Source: a virus (Duplodnaviria; Heunggongvirae; Uroviricota; Caudoviricetes). Taken from it: a DNA stretch of 64,000 nt. Both the position numbers and the translations under genes were made by a program. Below, one piece after another: positions 55,083 to 63,426 of this stretch (position 1 is the stretch's first letter; each line of letters opens with the position of its first letter). The stretch is from the IMG/VR virus record IMGVR_UViG_3300044678_002996, positions 17,301-81,300 of that record; one strand, written 5' to 3'. Under the pieces are notes generated by a model, which saw nothing but the letters and a program-made list of their open reading frames with translations, had not been told where the DNA came from and searched no databases.

Positions 55083-55095
55083 TATGTTTGTCCTG

Positions 55096-55470
55096 TTATT
55101 CTAAATACAGAATTCTAAGCTTAAGAATAGAACAGAGGGCGTTTAATTCACTGACTGTTTTGGGCGTCATTGATTGGGGTAACACGCCAATAGGCGTTAT
55201 TCTCACCTCAGACCAATCATTGATTATTATGCATCCCTCATCGCTAACGGCGTAAACCAAACACTTTGAGGGGATAGCTTCCATCACACCCCGTGAAGTA
55301 TTTTGCCATTCAGCATTTGGGAAAAGCTTAAGGTAGTCGGGGAAAACTTCGCATTGGCAATCTTCTTTTTTGATTTTCCCTGTGCCTTTGCACAATGTGC
55401 ATTTATGGCGAACCCACATTCTTATTACCCCACTCAGCGGGAACCGCTGGAATATCATTGATTGGGACAA
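55096..55470 (-). CDS. hypothetical Cys-rich protein
   Basis: 124 aa with CTLCKGTG...CQC. Confidence 0.35.
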   Translation of the reverse strand: MSQSMIFQRFPLSGVIRMWVRHKCTLCKGTGKIKKEDCQCEVFPDYLKLFPNAEWQNTSRGVMEAIPSKCLVYAVSDEGCIIINDWSEVRITPIGVLPQSMTPKTVSELNALCSILKLRILYLE

Positions 55471-57055
55471 ACTTTAGCGGCTCGCTCCCAAATTTTACGT
55501 GAATCTTAGGTAAACAAGACTTCACAAAATTGAGGCTTTCAACTGGATTGAAGCTTACGTATCCAATACCAGCTAACAAACTTGAAGCCACAACATATCG
55601 GGCGGATTTTTTAGCAGCGTCGAGCATGTTCTCGATAGGCTCGGCAATCCAATATGATAACATCGATTTCTTGGGAATCGCGGAAGTAGTGAAAGCATCA
55701 CTTGCCAGCACATAGTCTTCGGTGATTTTGGGCGGGGCTGGTGTCTGGGCCGTAGGCCTTTTGATTTGCGCCAATGCTACTTCCTCAGGGATTTCTTTGT
55801 ACAATGCGTCGTGATATTTACACCAACTGGCGTCTGACAACACTTCCGTGCCATCGTATTTTGTTAGGACATGGGCGAACTCACTTGTTCGTTTGACAAA
55901 TGCCCAATCCTTACCGTTTAGTGGAGCGTAGTATTTCGGATACACTTCCTTTTTAGGAGCAGGCACTTGGGCCACCGGCTTATTAATCCGCCCCAAGGCA
56001 ACTTCTTCAGTTAATTCGATATCGCCAATAGATTTATCCCGTGAAATCCAATGAAACTCATGGCTTTCCTTTCCATTATGGCTAACCAGACGATGTTTGG
56101 TTTCGCTGACCCTTTTACGGAATGCGTAATCATTTTTATTTGGACCAGACATTTCGTAGTATTTTGGATACTTCTCTTCTTTTGAAGCTTCGCTGATCTT
56201 AGAGATGATGTAATAAGCGGAACTCTGATAATCAGATTCAGCTTGACGGGCATGACCATCAATTCCAATAAACCATTCGCCCGTTTTAGGCATTCTGTAT
56301 TCTGGTGTAACAGAGGCGAACTTGAAACCTGCTGGCAATGATGGCATCTTACTTTCTTCCTTTTCAATGATTATACGAATAAGAGTTTTGGATTCATCCT
56401 TGTCTACTTGTATGGCATCGCCACTAAAACAAGACATATACCAATCACCCTTTTTGGGTGGACGGGCTTGTGGGAATCCTCCTGCGTAACGGAATCCCTT
56501 TGGGGCAGGTTTAAGTTTGAAAAACTCTTCTACAATTCTTAATTTTTCGTCCCATTCAGTCCCAATCCTCAACGTGCCATCTGGTAAGTACATCCAACCA
56601 TAATGCAGGAAATTACCTTGTCTATTATGATTTTTGGGCGACGACAACACTTGTTGTATTGTTTGTCTGCTGTCATTAAACCCCGGAGAGCATTCAATTG
56701 TGGCGAAATATTCCTTGCAATGGTGATTTGCCGCAGTAATGTGAACGACGTAACCACCAGCGGTAAGGTAGGTCTTTCCTACTTCTAATTTGATCATTTT
56801 GACCGATGATGGGGCATGAAACCGCTCGACAAGATACTGCTGATTCGCGCCAATGTCGTTTGTAATTTCAACCCACGCCTTGCTATCCGAAAGAACTATA
56901 TAACTCTTGCCGATTGTTATACTGAGATTACCATTTTCGTTTTCCTTACAAACAGCCACATCACCTTTGTTGAACATCTGAATCTCCGTGTTTTGGGGAC
57001 AATTGTATGGGCTACCCACGTAGTTTAATCTCTCTGCTCGCCTCCATAGCCGCAA
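55403..57055 (-). CDS. large hypothetical protein with internal tandem repeats of about 65 aa
   Basis: Repeats YPKYY...AF(R/V)KR(V/T)SE..H.L...G.E...W...ALG(R/Q)I(N/K)(K/R)P.AQ.PAP. Confidence 0.5.
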   Translation of the reverse strand: MRLWRRAERLNYVGSPYNCPQNTEIQMFNKGDVAVCKENENGNLSITIGKSYIVLSDSKAWVEITNDIGANQQYLVERFHAPSSVKMIKLEVGKTYLTAGGYVVHITAANHHCKEYFATIECSPGFNDSRQTIQQVLSSPKNHNRQGNFLHYGWMYLPDGTLRIGTEWDEKLRIVEEFFKLKPAPKGFRYAGGFPQARPPKKGDWYMSCFSGDAIQVDKDESKTLIRIIIEKEESKMPSLPAGFKFASVTPEYRMPKTGEWFIGIDGHARQAESDYQSSAYYIISKISEASKEEKYPKYYEMSGPNKNDYAFRKRVSETKHRLVSHNGKESHEFHWISRDKSIGDIELTEEVALGRINKPVAQVPAPKKEVYPKYYAPLNGKDWAFVKRTSEFAHVLTKYDGTEVLSDASWCKYHDALYKEIPEEVALAQIKRPTAQTPAPPKITEDYVLASDAFTTSAIPKKSMLSYWIAEPIENMLDAAKKSARYVVASSLLAGIGYVSFNPVESLNFVKSCLPKIHVKFGSEPLKFVPINDIPAVPAEWGNKNVGSP

Positions 57056-57266
57056 CAGCCATGATAAGGGTTTTATTGTCAGGGCTTAAAATGCTCCATA
57101 TCAAATCTGGGTCAGATGCCCCAGAGCCTGCCGTCGCCCTTATGTCTACTAGGACATCCATAGGTTGAACAGCTAGCGGCCTATCTCTCAACATAAGAGA
57201 GGCCGACGCAAACCCCAACTCTTCCGCTCGTTCTTGAAATTCTGGGTGATCCATTTGATTCCTCAT
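57012..57266 (-). CDS. hypothetical protein
   Basis: 84-aa ORF. Confidence 0.3.
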   Translation of the reverse strand: MRNQMDHPEFQERAEELGFASASLMLRDRPLAVQPMDVLVDIRATAGSGASDPDLIWSILSPDNKTLIMAVAAMEASREIKLRG

Positions 57267-57273
57267 AAGAAAA

Positions 57274-57358
57274 TGGGCGTGATAGGATTCGAACCTATTA
57301 ACCCCGAAGGGAGAGGATTTACAGTCCCCTGCAGCTCGCCAGCCTCTGCCGCACGCCC
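57274..57358 (-). tRNA. tRNA-Tyr (anticodon GUA), type II with long variable arm
   Basis: Acceptor GGGCGTG/CACGCCC. Anticodon stem GGGGA/TCCTC with loop CTGTAAA. T-arm ATAGG-TTCGAAT-CCTAT. Length 85 nt. Confidence 0.8.
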
Positions 57359-57376
57359 AGCCTAAGCCTTTAGGCT

Positions 57377-57955
57377 TTAGCTCTTCATGATCTCAGGGCT
57401 CTCAATCGTAATCTTCGGCAAGCATGACTTAAACAAGTCCATTGCCTTTTCTGGGTTGTTGTAAGTGTACACGCCACCCACAATCGCCCCTGTCAGTGTG
57501 ACGTAGCGTACCGCCCGCATAATTTTTGTGGCGACCTCAGTCATTGGTTCAAATGCCCAGTAGTTGACTGTACGCCAACCCCACTTACCAGCGAACTTAG
57601 CTACGCCAGTTGCCACTTTAATCGCAGTTGCCTTTTCCATAGTAACCTCTTCTTTCTTGATGAACATAGAAAAGTCCGCCTTACGATCGGCAGACTCAGT
57701 AACAATATCCGCCCTTTTTGGGGCGAACGCCCCTAATAATTTGTGGGCGGCTTCTTCAGTAATCTCGATCCAATCCCCACTCTCAACAAAATGGTCTTTA
57801 TTTCTTGACCATTCTGTTATACACCCGATCTCTCCGTTTTTCTTTACCGCATTAGAAAAACAACCTTTGCGGATTATGTAGGCTGTATCATCGAGCCAGC
57901 CTCTCTTATTCGCGTAATATTTCACCATGTTTTGCCTCTTTTGAAAATTGTTCAA
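57377..57955 (-). CDS. hypothetical protein
   Basis: 192-aa ORF. Confidence 0.45.
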   Translation of the reverse strand: MNNFQKRQNMVKYYANKRGWLDDTAYIIRKGCFSNAVKKNGEIGCITEWSRNKDHFVESGDWIEITEEAAHKLLGAFAPKRADIVTESADRKADFSMFIKKEEVTMEKATAIKVATGVAKFAGKWGWRTVNYWAFEPMTEVATKIMRAVRYVTLTGAIVGGVYTYNNPEKAMDLFKSCLPKITIESPEIMKS

Positions 57956-58106
57956 TCAATTTGGTTTCTTCTTCTTCTCTCTTCTTCAATTCTTCTTCAT
58001 TCATAGACTTTGCTAAAAGTGGAATAAACAAAGAAAGCAAAACGCCTATTATGATTAAAAGACAGAAGATTATGATTGAATTGAAGAGTGTTTGAAGAAA
58101 TCCCAT
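57906..58106 (-). CDS. small membrane protein
   Basis: 66 aa with TM helix IIIFCLLIIIGVLLSLFIPLLA. Confidence 0.35.
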   Translation of the reverse strand: MGFLQTLFNSIIIFCLLIIIGVLLSLFIPLLAKSMNEEELKKREEEETKLIEQFSKEAKHGEILRE

Positions 58107-58108
58107 AA

Positions 58109-58136
58109 GTGGACCCGGCGGGAATTGAACCCGCGT
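58109..58136 (-). other. tRNA 3'-half fragment (T-arm + 3' acceptor strand) lacking a 5' partner
   Basis: GCGGG-TTCAATT-CCCGC followed by CGGGTCCA. No matching 5' acceptor strand within tRNA distance. Confidence 0.3.
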
Positions 58137-58341
58137 CTTGCATAAAAAAGAGCAATAGATTCGTTCACAAGTTTAGGGGCGAACGCCCCGGTTCAAGTGG
58201 ATATTACAGAACGTCCTCAATTTGGATAACAGGGCAATGAGGGGCCCCGAGACTATGCAGCCTGAGCAAAAGTTTTTGCTTTTATTTTTTAATCGACTTT
58301 TAAAGTGGCCGGTCGATCAACCACTACCTGCATCTATTACA

Positions 58342-58746
58342 CTATTTACCAATCAATACCTGTCGGGCCCGTGGTGGCACTTTGTCTGCCTTTTCAAGAT
58401 TACATAATTCACATAACACTTGTCTATTATCTGAAGAGTCTTTCCCTTCTCTTGCTATAGGAATTATATGGTCAACTGTCATAGCGACCAAATCTGCGGA
58501 GACTATCATAATACTCGGAAGAGACTTGTTAGTTCGTGGTTTGCCCACAAATATATAGTCGCCTCTACGAGGGCAATAAGAACATTTAGCCCCCATATTG
58601 ACCACCTGTTTGATTCTCCTTAATTTCCTTCCAAGTGATAGTTCACGAAATACTGCGATATCAAACGGGATTATTCTGTAATCAGAATATTTGATTAACA
58701 GATCAATTTCGGAAGAAAATAGGTTGTCGATACAAGTATTGTCCAT
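58342..58746 (-). CDS. HNH endonuclease
   Basis: CSYCPRRG...VDHIIPIAREGKDSSDNRQVLCELCN (HNH with Zn-ligand cysteines). Confidence 0.7.
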   Translation of the reverse strand: MDNTCIDNLFSSEIDLLIKYSDYRIIPFDIAVFRELSLGRKLRRIKQVVNMGAKCSYCPRRGDYIFVGKPRTNKSLPSIMIVSADLVAMTVDHIIPIAREGKDSSDNRQVLCELCNLEKADKVPPRARQVLIGK

Positions 58747-58748
58747 CT

Positions 58749-59204
58749 CTATTTCCTGAAGTGATTACGCCTTAAGGACATCAAACATTCACCCAACAAG
58801 TTTGTGCCCCACTTTGCTTTGTTCGCGAGGGCATCTTTGGCGGCGAACCCAATACCCAAAATTTTATCTGTGGGCGACGCTTCTACTAGGACTTCATCTT
58901 TCTTGAACGACTCTTCGAGGGCAACCCGGAACTCTTCACACGCACTGAACTTAATCTCAAGGGCAAACATCATTGAGGGGATCTTGAGGTCATCCCATTT
59001 CTCTTCTGAGAAGTTTCTGACCGATCGCCCTGCGTTCTTCGCGTCACGCGGAGTTGGGGCAACTCTTATGTTTTGGAGTGCCACTATGTCGTGGAATGCA
59101 GCCCCTTTGAGGGCCATAAAGATTTTCTCAGAAGTGAAAGCCTCGTTACCATTGATAGGGTGAAAGTTTGAGAAAACTCCGCCCCAGAAGAATTTGTAGT
59201 TCAT
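58749..59204 (-). CDS. NADAR/YbiA-like (DUF1768) domain protein
   Basis: FFWGGVFSNFHP...FTSEKIFMALKG matches the NADAR N-terminal signature. Confidence 0.6.
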   Translation of the reverse strand: MNYKFFWGGVFSNFHPINGNEAFTSEKIFMALKGAAFHDIVALQNIRVAPTPRDAKNAGRSVRNFSEEKWDDLKIPSMMFALEIKFSACEEFRVALEESFKKDEVLVEASPTDKILGIGFAAKDALANKAKWGTNLLGECLMSLRRNHFRK

Positions 59205-59548
59205 TTTTCCGCCGATATTAGGTAGTCTGTAAATGAGTCTGCATACTTAATTCTGTAAGACTCATTTGTGTTTATGGTGTTCCACACTTCCTCACTACAC
59301 GATAAGGTAAGTGTTTTGCCGCCTTTGCATTCAAAAACGGCCATAAACTCAGTCCGCTGGTTGGCCCCGATTTTGGTATATACCTTTGTGCATACGCCCT
59401 CACTTTGTGTTTGATTTCCAAGCCCCAGTGGCCCTAACGCGGGTACTAATAGGGCTATTAGAATACAAGTTATGCCGATTACTACGAGCACCTCAACGAG
59501 AGTAAAGCCGCGTCTAGTCATTCTCAATTGCTCCGGCGAAGGCATCAC
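59201..59548 (-). CDS. type IV prepilin/pseudopilin-like protein
   Basis: Class III signal RRG|FTLVEVLVVIGITCILIALLVPA (G-FTLxE plus a hydrophobic helix). Confidence 0.55.
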   Translation of the reverse strand: MMPSPEQLRMTRRGFTLVEVLVVIGITCILIALLVPALGPLGLGNQTQSEGVCTKVYTKIGANQRTEFMAVFECKGGKTLTLSCSEEVWNTINTNESYRIKYADSFTDYLISAEK

Positions 59549-59747
59549 TTACTCCGTCCTTGTAGAAATTACATAATTCCTTGAATTCCTTCTTGATATC
59601 ATAATCATTTTCGGATAGCACCCAGTCTACAATGATTGTTGGTGTTCCAATAAAAATGACTATCAGTGTGAGTAGTATAATCTCACCGATTGCTCGACAT
59701 GATTTACCCGGAATGTTAAACAAGAACCTCATTGCTTTTTTCATCAT
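59514..59747 (-). CDS. small membrane protein
   Basis: 77 aa with TM IGEIILLTLIVIFIG. Confidence 0.35.
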   Translation of the reverse strand: MMKKAMRFLFNIPGKSCRAIGEIILLTLIVIFIGTPTIIVDWVLSENDYDIKKEFKELCNFYKDGVSDAFAGAIEND

Positions 59748-59753
59748 AATGCA

Positions 59754-60029
59754 TTATTCCTCGTTTTGTTTTTGCGGACAATTGTCAACATCCTCAATGG
59801 ACGTAACGACTGAAGTGGCGAGCAGGCGATAGTCGGCCCATTCGTTGATTTTATCCGTTAGGATCTCGATACGCTGGCCCACCTTAATTACAACTGGGTG
59901 TGTATTTTGGATACTACCCTTGTTTGTGCGGATTTTGCCGGACTCAGTAGAGGTTTCTACTCGTTCCCAAGTTTTAGCAACGAGGTCTATGAGATAGACA
60001 GACCCACTTTCGGTAGTTACTCGTTTCAT
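59754..60029 (-). CDS. hypothetical protein
   Basis: 91-aa ORF. Confidence 0.35.
   Translation of the reverse strand: MKRVTTESGSVYLIDLVAKTWERVETSTESGKIRTNKGSIQNTHPVVIKVGQRIEILTDKINEWADYRLLATSVVTSIEDVDNCPQKQNEE
59768..59786 (-). repeat. co-oriented motif copy TTTTTGCGGACAATTGT (intergenic, about 20 nt upstream of the start at 59747)
   Basis: Exact core, followed on the mRNA strand by GAGGA and ATGATG. Confidence 0.45.
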
Positions 60030-60040
60030 TGATCAAACTT

Positions 60041-60556
60041 CTAGCTGTATAGCTCAAAGATATCAAGGGCCAGATTTCTCAGCTCTTGTTCAAGCTCCAC
60101 GTCAACTCCAGTAAGACACTCGTCTAACAGAAGAATAGATTCCTTGGCGTAGACAATAGCGAATCCGTCGCTTTCGGGCATTTCGTAGAGGTTATCAATT
60201 CGGTCGATTAGCTTAACAAGCTTTGATTCCGTCCGAATACCCTTGATTTTTTCCCGATTAGCTTTCTTTCGTTCAGCCCGATTGCCTTTGACATCTTTGT
60301 CGTTAGTGAGGTCTTCTACATATCCCTCTACTATGTGCCCAAAACAGAGGGCGATTTCAGACAGTTTTACACCGCAGTCTTCTACAACATCATGCAGAAA
60401 GGCCGCTGCTACCAATTGATTTGTAGCCATCCCATGAGTAGCTACGCGGCCCGCGACGCGAATCGGGTGTGTAATGTAGGGCCTGTTACTGTATTTACGC
60501 TTTTGCCCTTTGTGTTTTTCGGCGGCAAATTGGGCTGCATCAATGATTAATTCCAT
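60041..60556 (-). CDS. HD-domain small alarmone hydrolase ((p)ppGpp hydrolase, SpoT/Mesh1-like)
   Basis: AEKHKGQKRKYSNRPYITHPIRVA...AAAFLHDVVED matches the RelA/SpoT HD hydrolase N-terminus (HxGQxR...PYIxHP...HDxxED). Confidence 0.65.
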   Translation of the reverse strand: MELIIDAAQFAAEKHKGQKRKYSNRPYITHPIRVAGRVATHGMATNQLVAAAFLHDVVEDCGVKLSEIALCFGHIVEGYVEDLTNDKDVKGNRAERKKANREKIKGIRTESKLVKLIDRIDNLYEMPESDGFAIVYAKESILLLDECLTGVDVELEQELRNLALDIFELYS

Positions 60557-60557
60557 T

Positions 60558-60746
60558 TCAACCCCACACTAAAGCACAAATGGCAAACACTATGAACGCC
60601 ATTGATATGACGAATTTGATAAGGCCAGAGAGGCCAGAGATTCCTACGTCTCCGTTATCATCAGCTACGCCGACAATAAACAATAGAATTCCAAGACAGG
60701 CGTTCATTATCCAGAAAATCAGCGAGAGTATTACGAAAGCTTTCAT
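60558..60746 (-). CDS. small membrane protein
   Basis: 62 aa, two TM helices. Confidence 0.35.
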   Translation of the reverse strand: MKAFVILSLIFWIMNACLGILLFIVGVADDNGDVGISGLSGLIKFVISMAFIVFAICALVWG

Positions 60747-60778
60747 ACCAACTCCTTAAATCATTGGACGAAGTCCCA

Positions 60779-60849
60779 AAGGGCGGGAAGGATTCGAACC
60801 TTCGCTACTGGAATCAAAATCCAGTGTGCTACCGTTACACCACCGCCCT
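60779..60849 (-). tRNA. tRNA-Gln (anticodon UUG)
   Basis: Acceptor AGGGCGG/CCGCCCT. Anticodon stem CTGGA/TCCAG with loop TTTTGAT. T-arm GAAGG-TTCGAAT-CCTTC. Confidence 0.8.
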
Positions 60850-60860
60850 ACGTAGCTAAG

Positions 60861-61328
60861 CTACTTTATGAATTCCTGAATTTGGGGTCGATCTGCTCGC
60901 CCCCAGATTGCCATACAAAACGGAATAGACGGATACGATCTCCACCATACGATCAGGGCTGGATCAATTGGGGCCTTAGGGGCAGTCTGAATTGCCCACT
61001 CACTCTCTTTGTAAAGAATAGCCATACCCACCGCTTTGGCTTTATTGGTCTGATCGTTAACCATTTCCCGTACCCTTTGGGGCAGAATTGGAAATGATTT
61101 TGGAGTTGCCCGCTCTATTTTGTTTGGGAGTGACCGCCCAACCCGTATTTCTATGTTGTCAGAGCTATAACTGTGTATAGAAGGAACAACATAGGTGCCG
61201 CTCTGACGAATATATGACCGCTCCAAACGATCGTGCGGCGAAGCTAAGGCCAGATTGGCATCCCGTCTTTGTCTCGGGCAGATAGCAGTAGCCCCAAATC
61301 GATTTGTTGGCTTCTCGCAAGAATCCAA
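60861..61328 (-). CDS. hypothetical protein
   Basis: 155-aa ORF. Confidence 0.4.
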   Translation of the reverse strand: MDSCEKPTNRFGATAICPRQRRDANLALASPHDRLERSYIRQSGTYVVPSIHSYSSDNIEIRVGRSLPNKIERATPKSFPILPQRVREMVNDQTNKAKAVGMAILYKESEWAIQTAPKAPIDPALIVWWRSYPSIPFCMAIWGRADRPQIQEFIK

Positions 61329-61525
61329 CTCAGATCTTCTTGTGATTCGCGTGATTTATCCAAGACATTAGCGTAATCACATTCTGCTGATGTTCCCTGT
61401 CTTAGGGTTTTGATATATTCCTTATCCACTGGCTCGCTGGATTTTATTTGGCATTCCATCAGGGCATTGCCGATTGGATCGTTGTTAACAGCTACTGGAG
61501 CAGGCTTTTTCCATAGTCCGAACAT
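61244..61525 (-). CDS. hypothetical protein
   Basis: 93-aa ORF overlapping its neighbour. Confidence 0.3.
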   Translation of the reverse strand: MFGLWKKPAPVAVNNDPIGNALMECQIKSSEPVDKEYIKTLRQGTSAECDYANVLDKSRESQEDLSWILARSQQIDLGLLLSARDKDGMPIWP

Positions 61526-61686
61526 TAGAAGTCCTCACAAATTTACTTGCAAAAGTTATCACGTGGGATTTCAATCATGGTGTCACAGTTATATCATCAT
61601 AATGTTTGTGAGACTCGATTTTAAGAGTTCGCCCGTCTTTTAGGCGGATGACTAAAGTTCTGTACTCACTCACTGGAACAAATAAA

Positions 61687-61759
61687 TGGTGCCGCTGAGA
61701 CTTGAACTCAGGTCTTCGGATTTAAAAGATCCGTGTAATAGCCACTATACTACGACACC
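61687..61759 (-). tRNA. tRNA-Lys (anticodon UUU)
   Basis: Acceptor GGTGTCG/CGGCACC. Anticodon stem CGGAT/ATCCG with loop CTTTTAA. T-arm CTGAG-TTCAAGT-CTCAG. Confidence 0.8.
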
Positions 61760-61867
61760 GAAGCAGGCTTTCGCCTGCCAGATTTATCGCCAATAACGGA
61801 TGTAAAGCATAGCTTAACTCCTTTTACTTAGAGGCTTTGTGGCATTGTTATTTCGTTCGCAAACTGA

Positions 61868-62134
61868 TTATTTAGCTTGCTCTTTATTTTCTCCGCCACT
61901 ATACCAAGGAATCCAATTCATACGTTCCTTAGTGCGTTGCGTAGCTTCAGCCTCTGTGATCTTGGTACGCTCAATTTCTGTTTGAGCATTGATTTGGGCT
62001 TGTGTTTCCGCTTGCTTAACAGAAACTTCTGCCGTCACTTCGGCATTTTTGATGGCAATATCCTTGTTGATGTAGGCCACGCCCACAGCAGCGGCGGACA
62101 CGATCAGAACCACTAACACAGTTTTTGCGGACAA
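61868..62134 (-). CDS. small membrane protein (TTG start inside the GCGGACAATTGT motif)
   Basis: 88 aa with N-terminal TM MSAKTVLVVLIVSAAAVGVAY. Confidence 0.4.
   Translation of the reverse strand: MSAKTVLVVLIVSAAAVGVAYINKDIAIKNAEVTAEVSVKQAETQAQINAQTEIERTKITEAEATQRTKERMNWIPWYSGGENKEQAK
62112..62128 (-). repeat. co-oriented motif copy TTTTTGCGGACAATTGT overlapping a gene start
   Basis: Exact core. The TTG of the core is the predicted start of 61868..62134 (MSAKT...). Confidence 0.45.
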
Positions 62135-62376
62135 TTGTTAGGCAGATCGCGTTGGGCCCGCTGAAGTTTCTTCTTCAAGACTTCAACTTCCCTTTTGAGA
62201 ACTTCCACTTCGAATTCGGCGGCTGTTACTTTGATCTCCGCCATGTAGAAGGGCTTAGCTTTTGAGAAGTTATGCACCATCATTTTAGGGATGGTCGCAA
62301 TATACTCCTCTAGCCGCTTACGCAGCAGGTCTATTAGGATGTCCCTGTTCGCTTGCCCAACGTTAACCACAATCAC
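62113..62376 (-). CDS. hypothetical coiled-coil protein
   Basis: 87-aa ORF. Confidence 0.35.
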   Translation of the reverse strand: MIVVNVGQANRDILIDLLRKRLEEYIATIPKMMVHNFSKAKPFYMAEIKVTAAEFEVEVLKREVEVLKKKLQRAQRDLPNNCPQKLC

Positions 62377-62535
62377 CTCACTTTAAATCGCAGTTTCTTC
62401 TACGTTGACCATTAGCGTAACCAACTTTGTAGTCGGCTGATGCTGATGTTTTAAGGGGGCGATCTTTGAATCCCGCCCGAAACCCAGCATCGCGATCAGC
62501 TTTTGCCCTGAAATTTAGCTTCAGTTGCTTCATAG

Positions 62536-62886
62536 CTACGCCTTATGAATAGACGACAGGTCATCCAGCACCGCGTCAGCGATTTCGCACACGCAATCTT
62601 TGAGTTGATAGAGGGCAGCCTTGTTCACCATTTTGATGACGTCTTCGATATCAGGCCCGTTGACTTTGCCCCAGAATATTTCAGTTCTTACAGCGTCTTT
62701 ATTTTCGCCATACGAGTTCGAAGAAAGTGTGGCAAACGCTGTGTAGTACACACTATTGGGTTCAAGGTGGCCCACATTGGTAGTTGTGTCGTTTTTTACC
62801 AGTGGGAAACAACCCTCTGCAAATTCTTGCCCAACAGTTGTTTTGAATCCTGCGTGAAGTTTAATTTTGGGTGTTACATTCATCAT
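62536..62886 (-). CDS. hypothetical protein
   Basis: 116 aa. Preferred over the antisense 228-aa plus-strand ORF on composition grounds. Confidence 0.4.
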   Translation of the reverse strand: MMNVTPKIKLHAGFKTTVGQEFAEGCFPLVKNDTTTNVGHLEPNSVYYTAFATLSSNSYGENKDAVRTEIFWGKVNGPDIEDVIKMVNKAALYQLKDCVCEIADAVLDDLSSIHKA

Positions 62887-63033
62887 CAGAAATCATCTCC
62901 AAGTCGCAGGCGACTGAAATTCCAGCTAACGCACGGAGGGATTAAACGCATGGCGTCAATACTGTCGAGGGCAGTTATGATAATAAGCTCAAAGGGCGAA
63001 TTCTCCCAACGCTTAATCCACACACGAAAAGTT

Positions 63034-63426
63034 TTACCTTTCGGCGATTCTGAAACAATCGAGCGTTTCGCTCGATTCGAAGAATTCGAAATGTTTGGGG
63101 TCCATGTCGACATCAAAGTATTCTCCCCAGCAAGGATGGAAGGTCACAGATTTGTAAAGCGGGTAACTTCCAAAGTGGACTACGTCACCGACTTTGATAA
63201 CGGTTACATCACTCGGTTTGTGTACATCTGATTGATGGACGCACTCAAGCTCTTTGATACACCGCCCATAAACTTTTGGACCCGCCTTTATTTCATCATA
63301 AATGCGGCTTTCGTTCTTTGAGCGCATACCCTCCACTGAGCGCAAGACCATTTCGATGTCTTGACGCTGGTCCAGCAGGGCTTTGAGCATTGGACTGATT
63401 TTAGGCATCATACTGGCACCACCCAA
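63034..63426 (-). CDS. hypothetical protein
   Basis: 130-aa ORF. Confidence 0.4.
   Translation of the reverse strand: MGGASMMPKISPMLKALLDQRQDIEMVLRSVEGMRSKNESRIYDEIKAGPKVYGRCIKELECVHQSDVHKPSDVTVIKVGDVVHFGSYPLYKSVTFHPCWGEYFDVDMDPKHFEFFESSETLDCFRIAER

Noticed and set aside
58109-58369. Possible 260-nt RNA with tRNA-like ends (tmRNA-like, or tRNA with a group I intron) using the distant GGGCCCG as the 5' acceptor
   Set aside because: The candidate 5' strand lies inside the 3' end of the HNH ORF and pairs via one G-U. A 7-mer match at that distance is easily chance. No D-arm or other tRNA elements follow it.
62545-63231. 228-aa plus-strand ORF
   Set aside because: It runs antisense to two more protein-like minus-strand ORFs (62536..62886 and 63034..63426) in a region transcribed leftward. 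Its composition is Cys/His/Phe-rich with low complexity.
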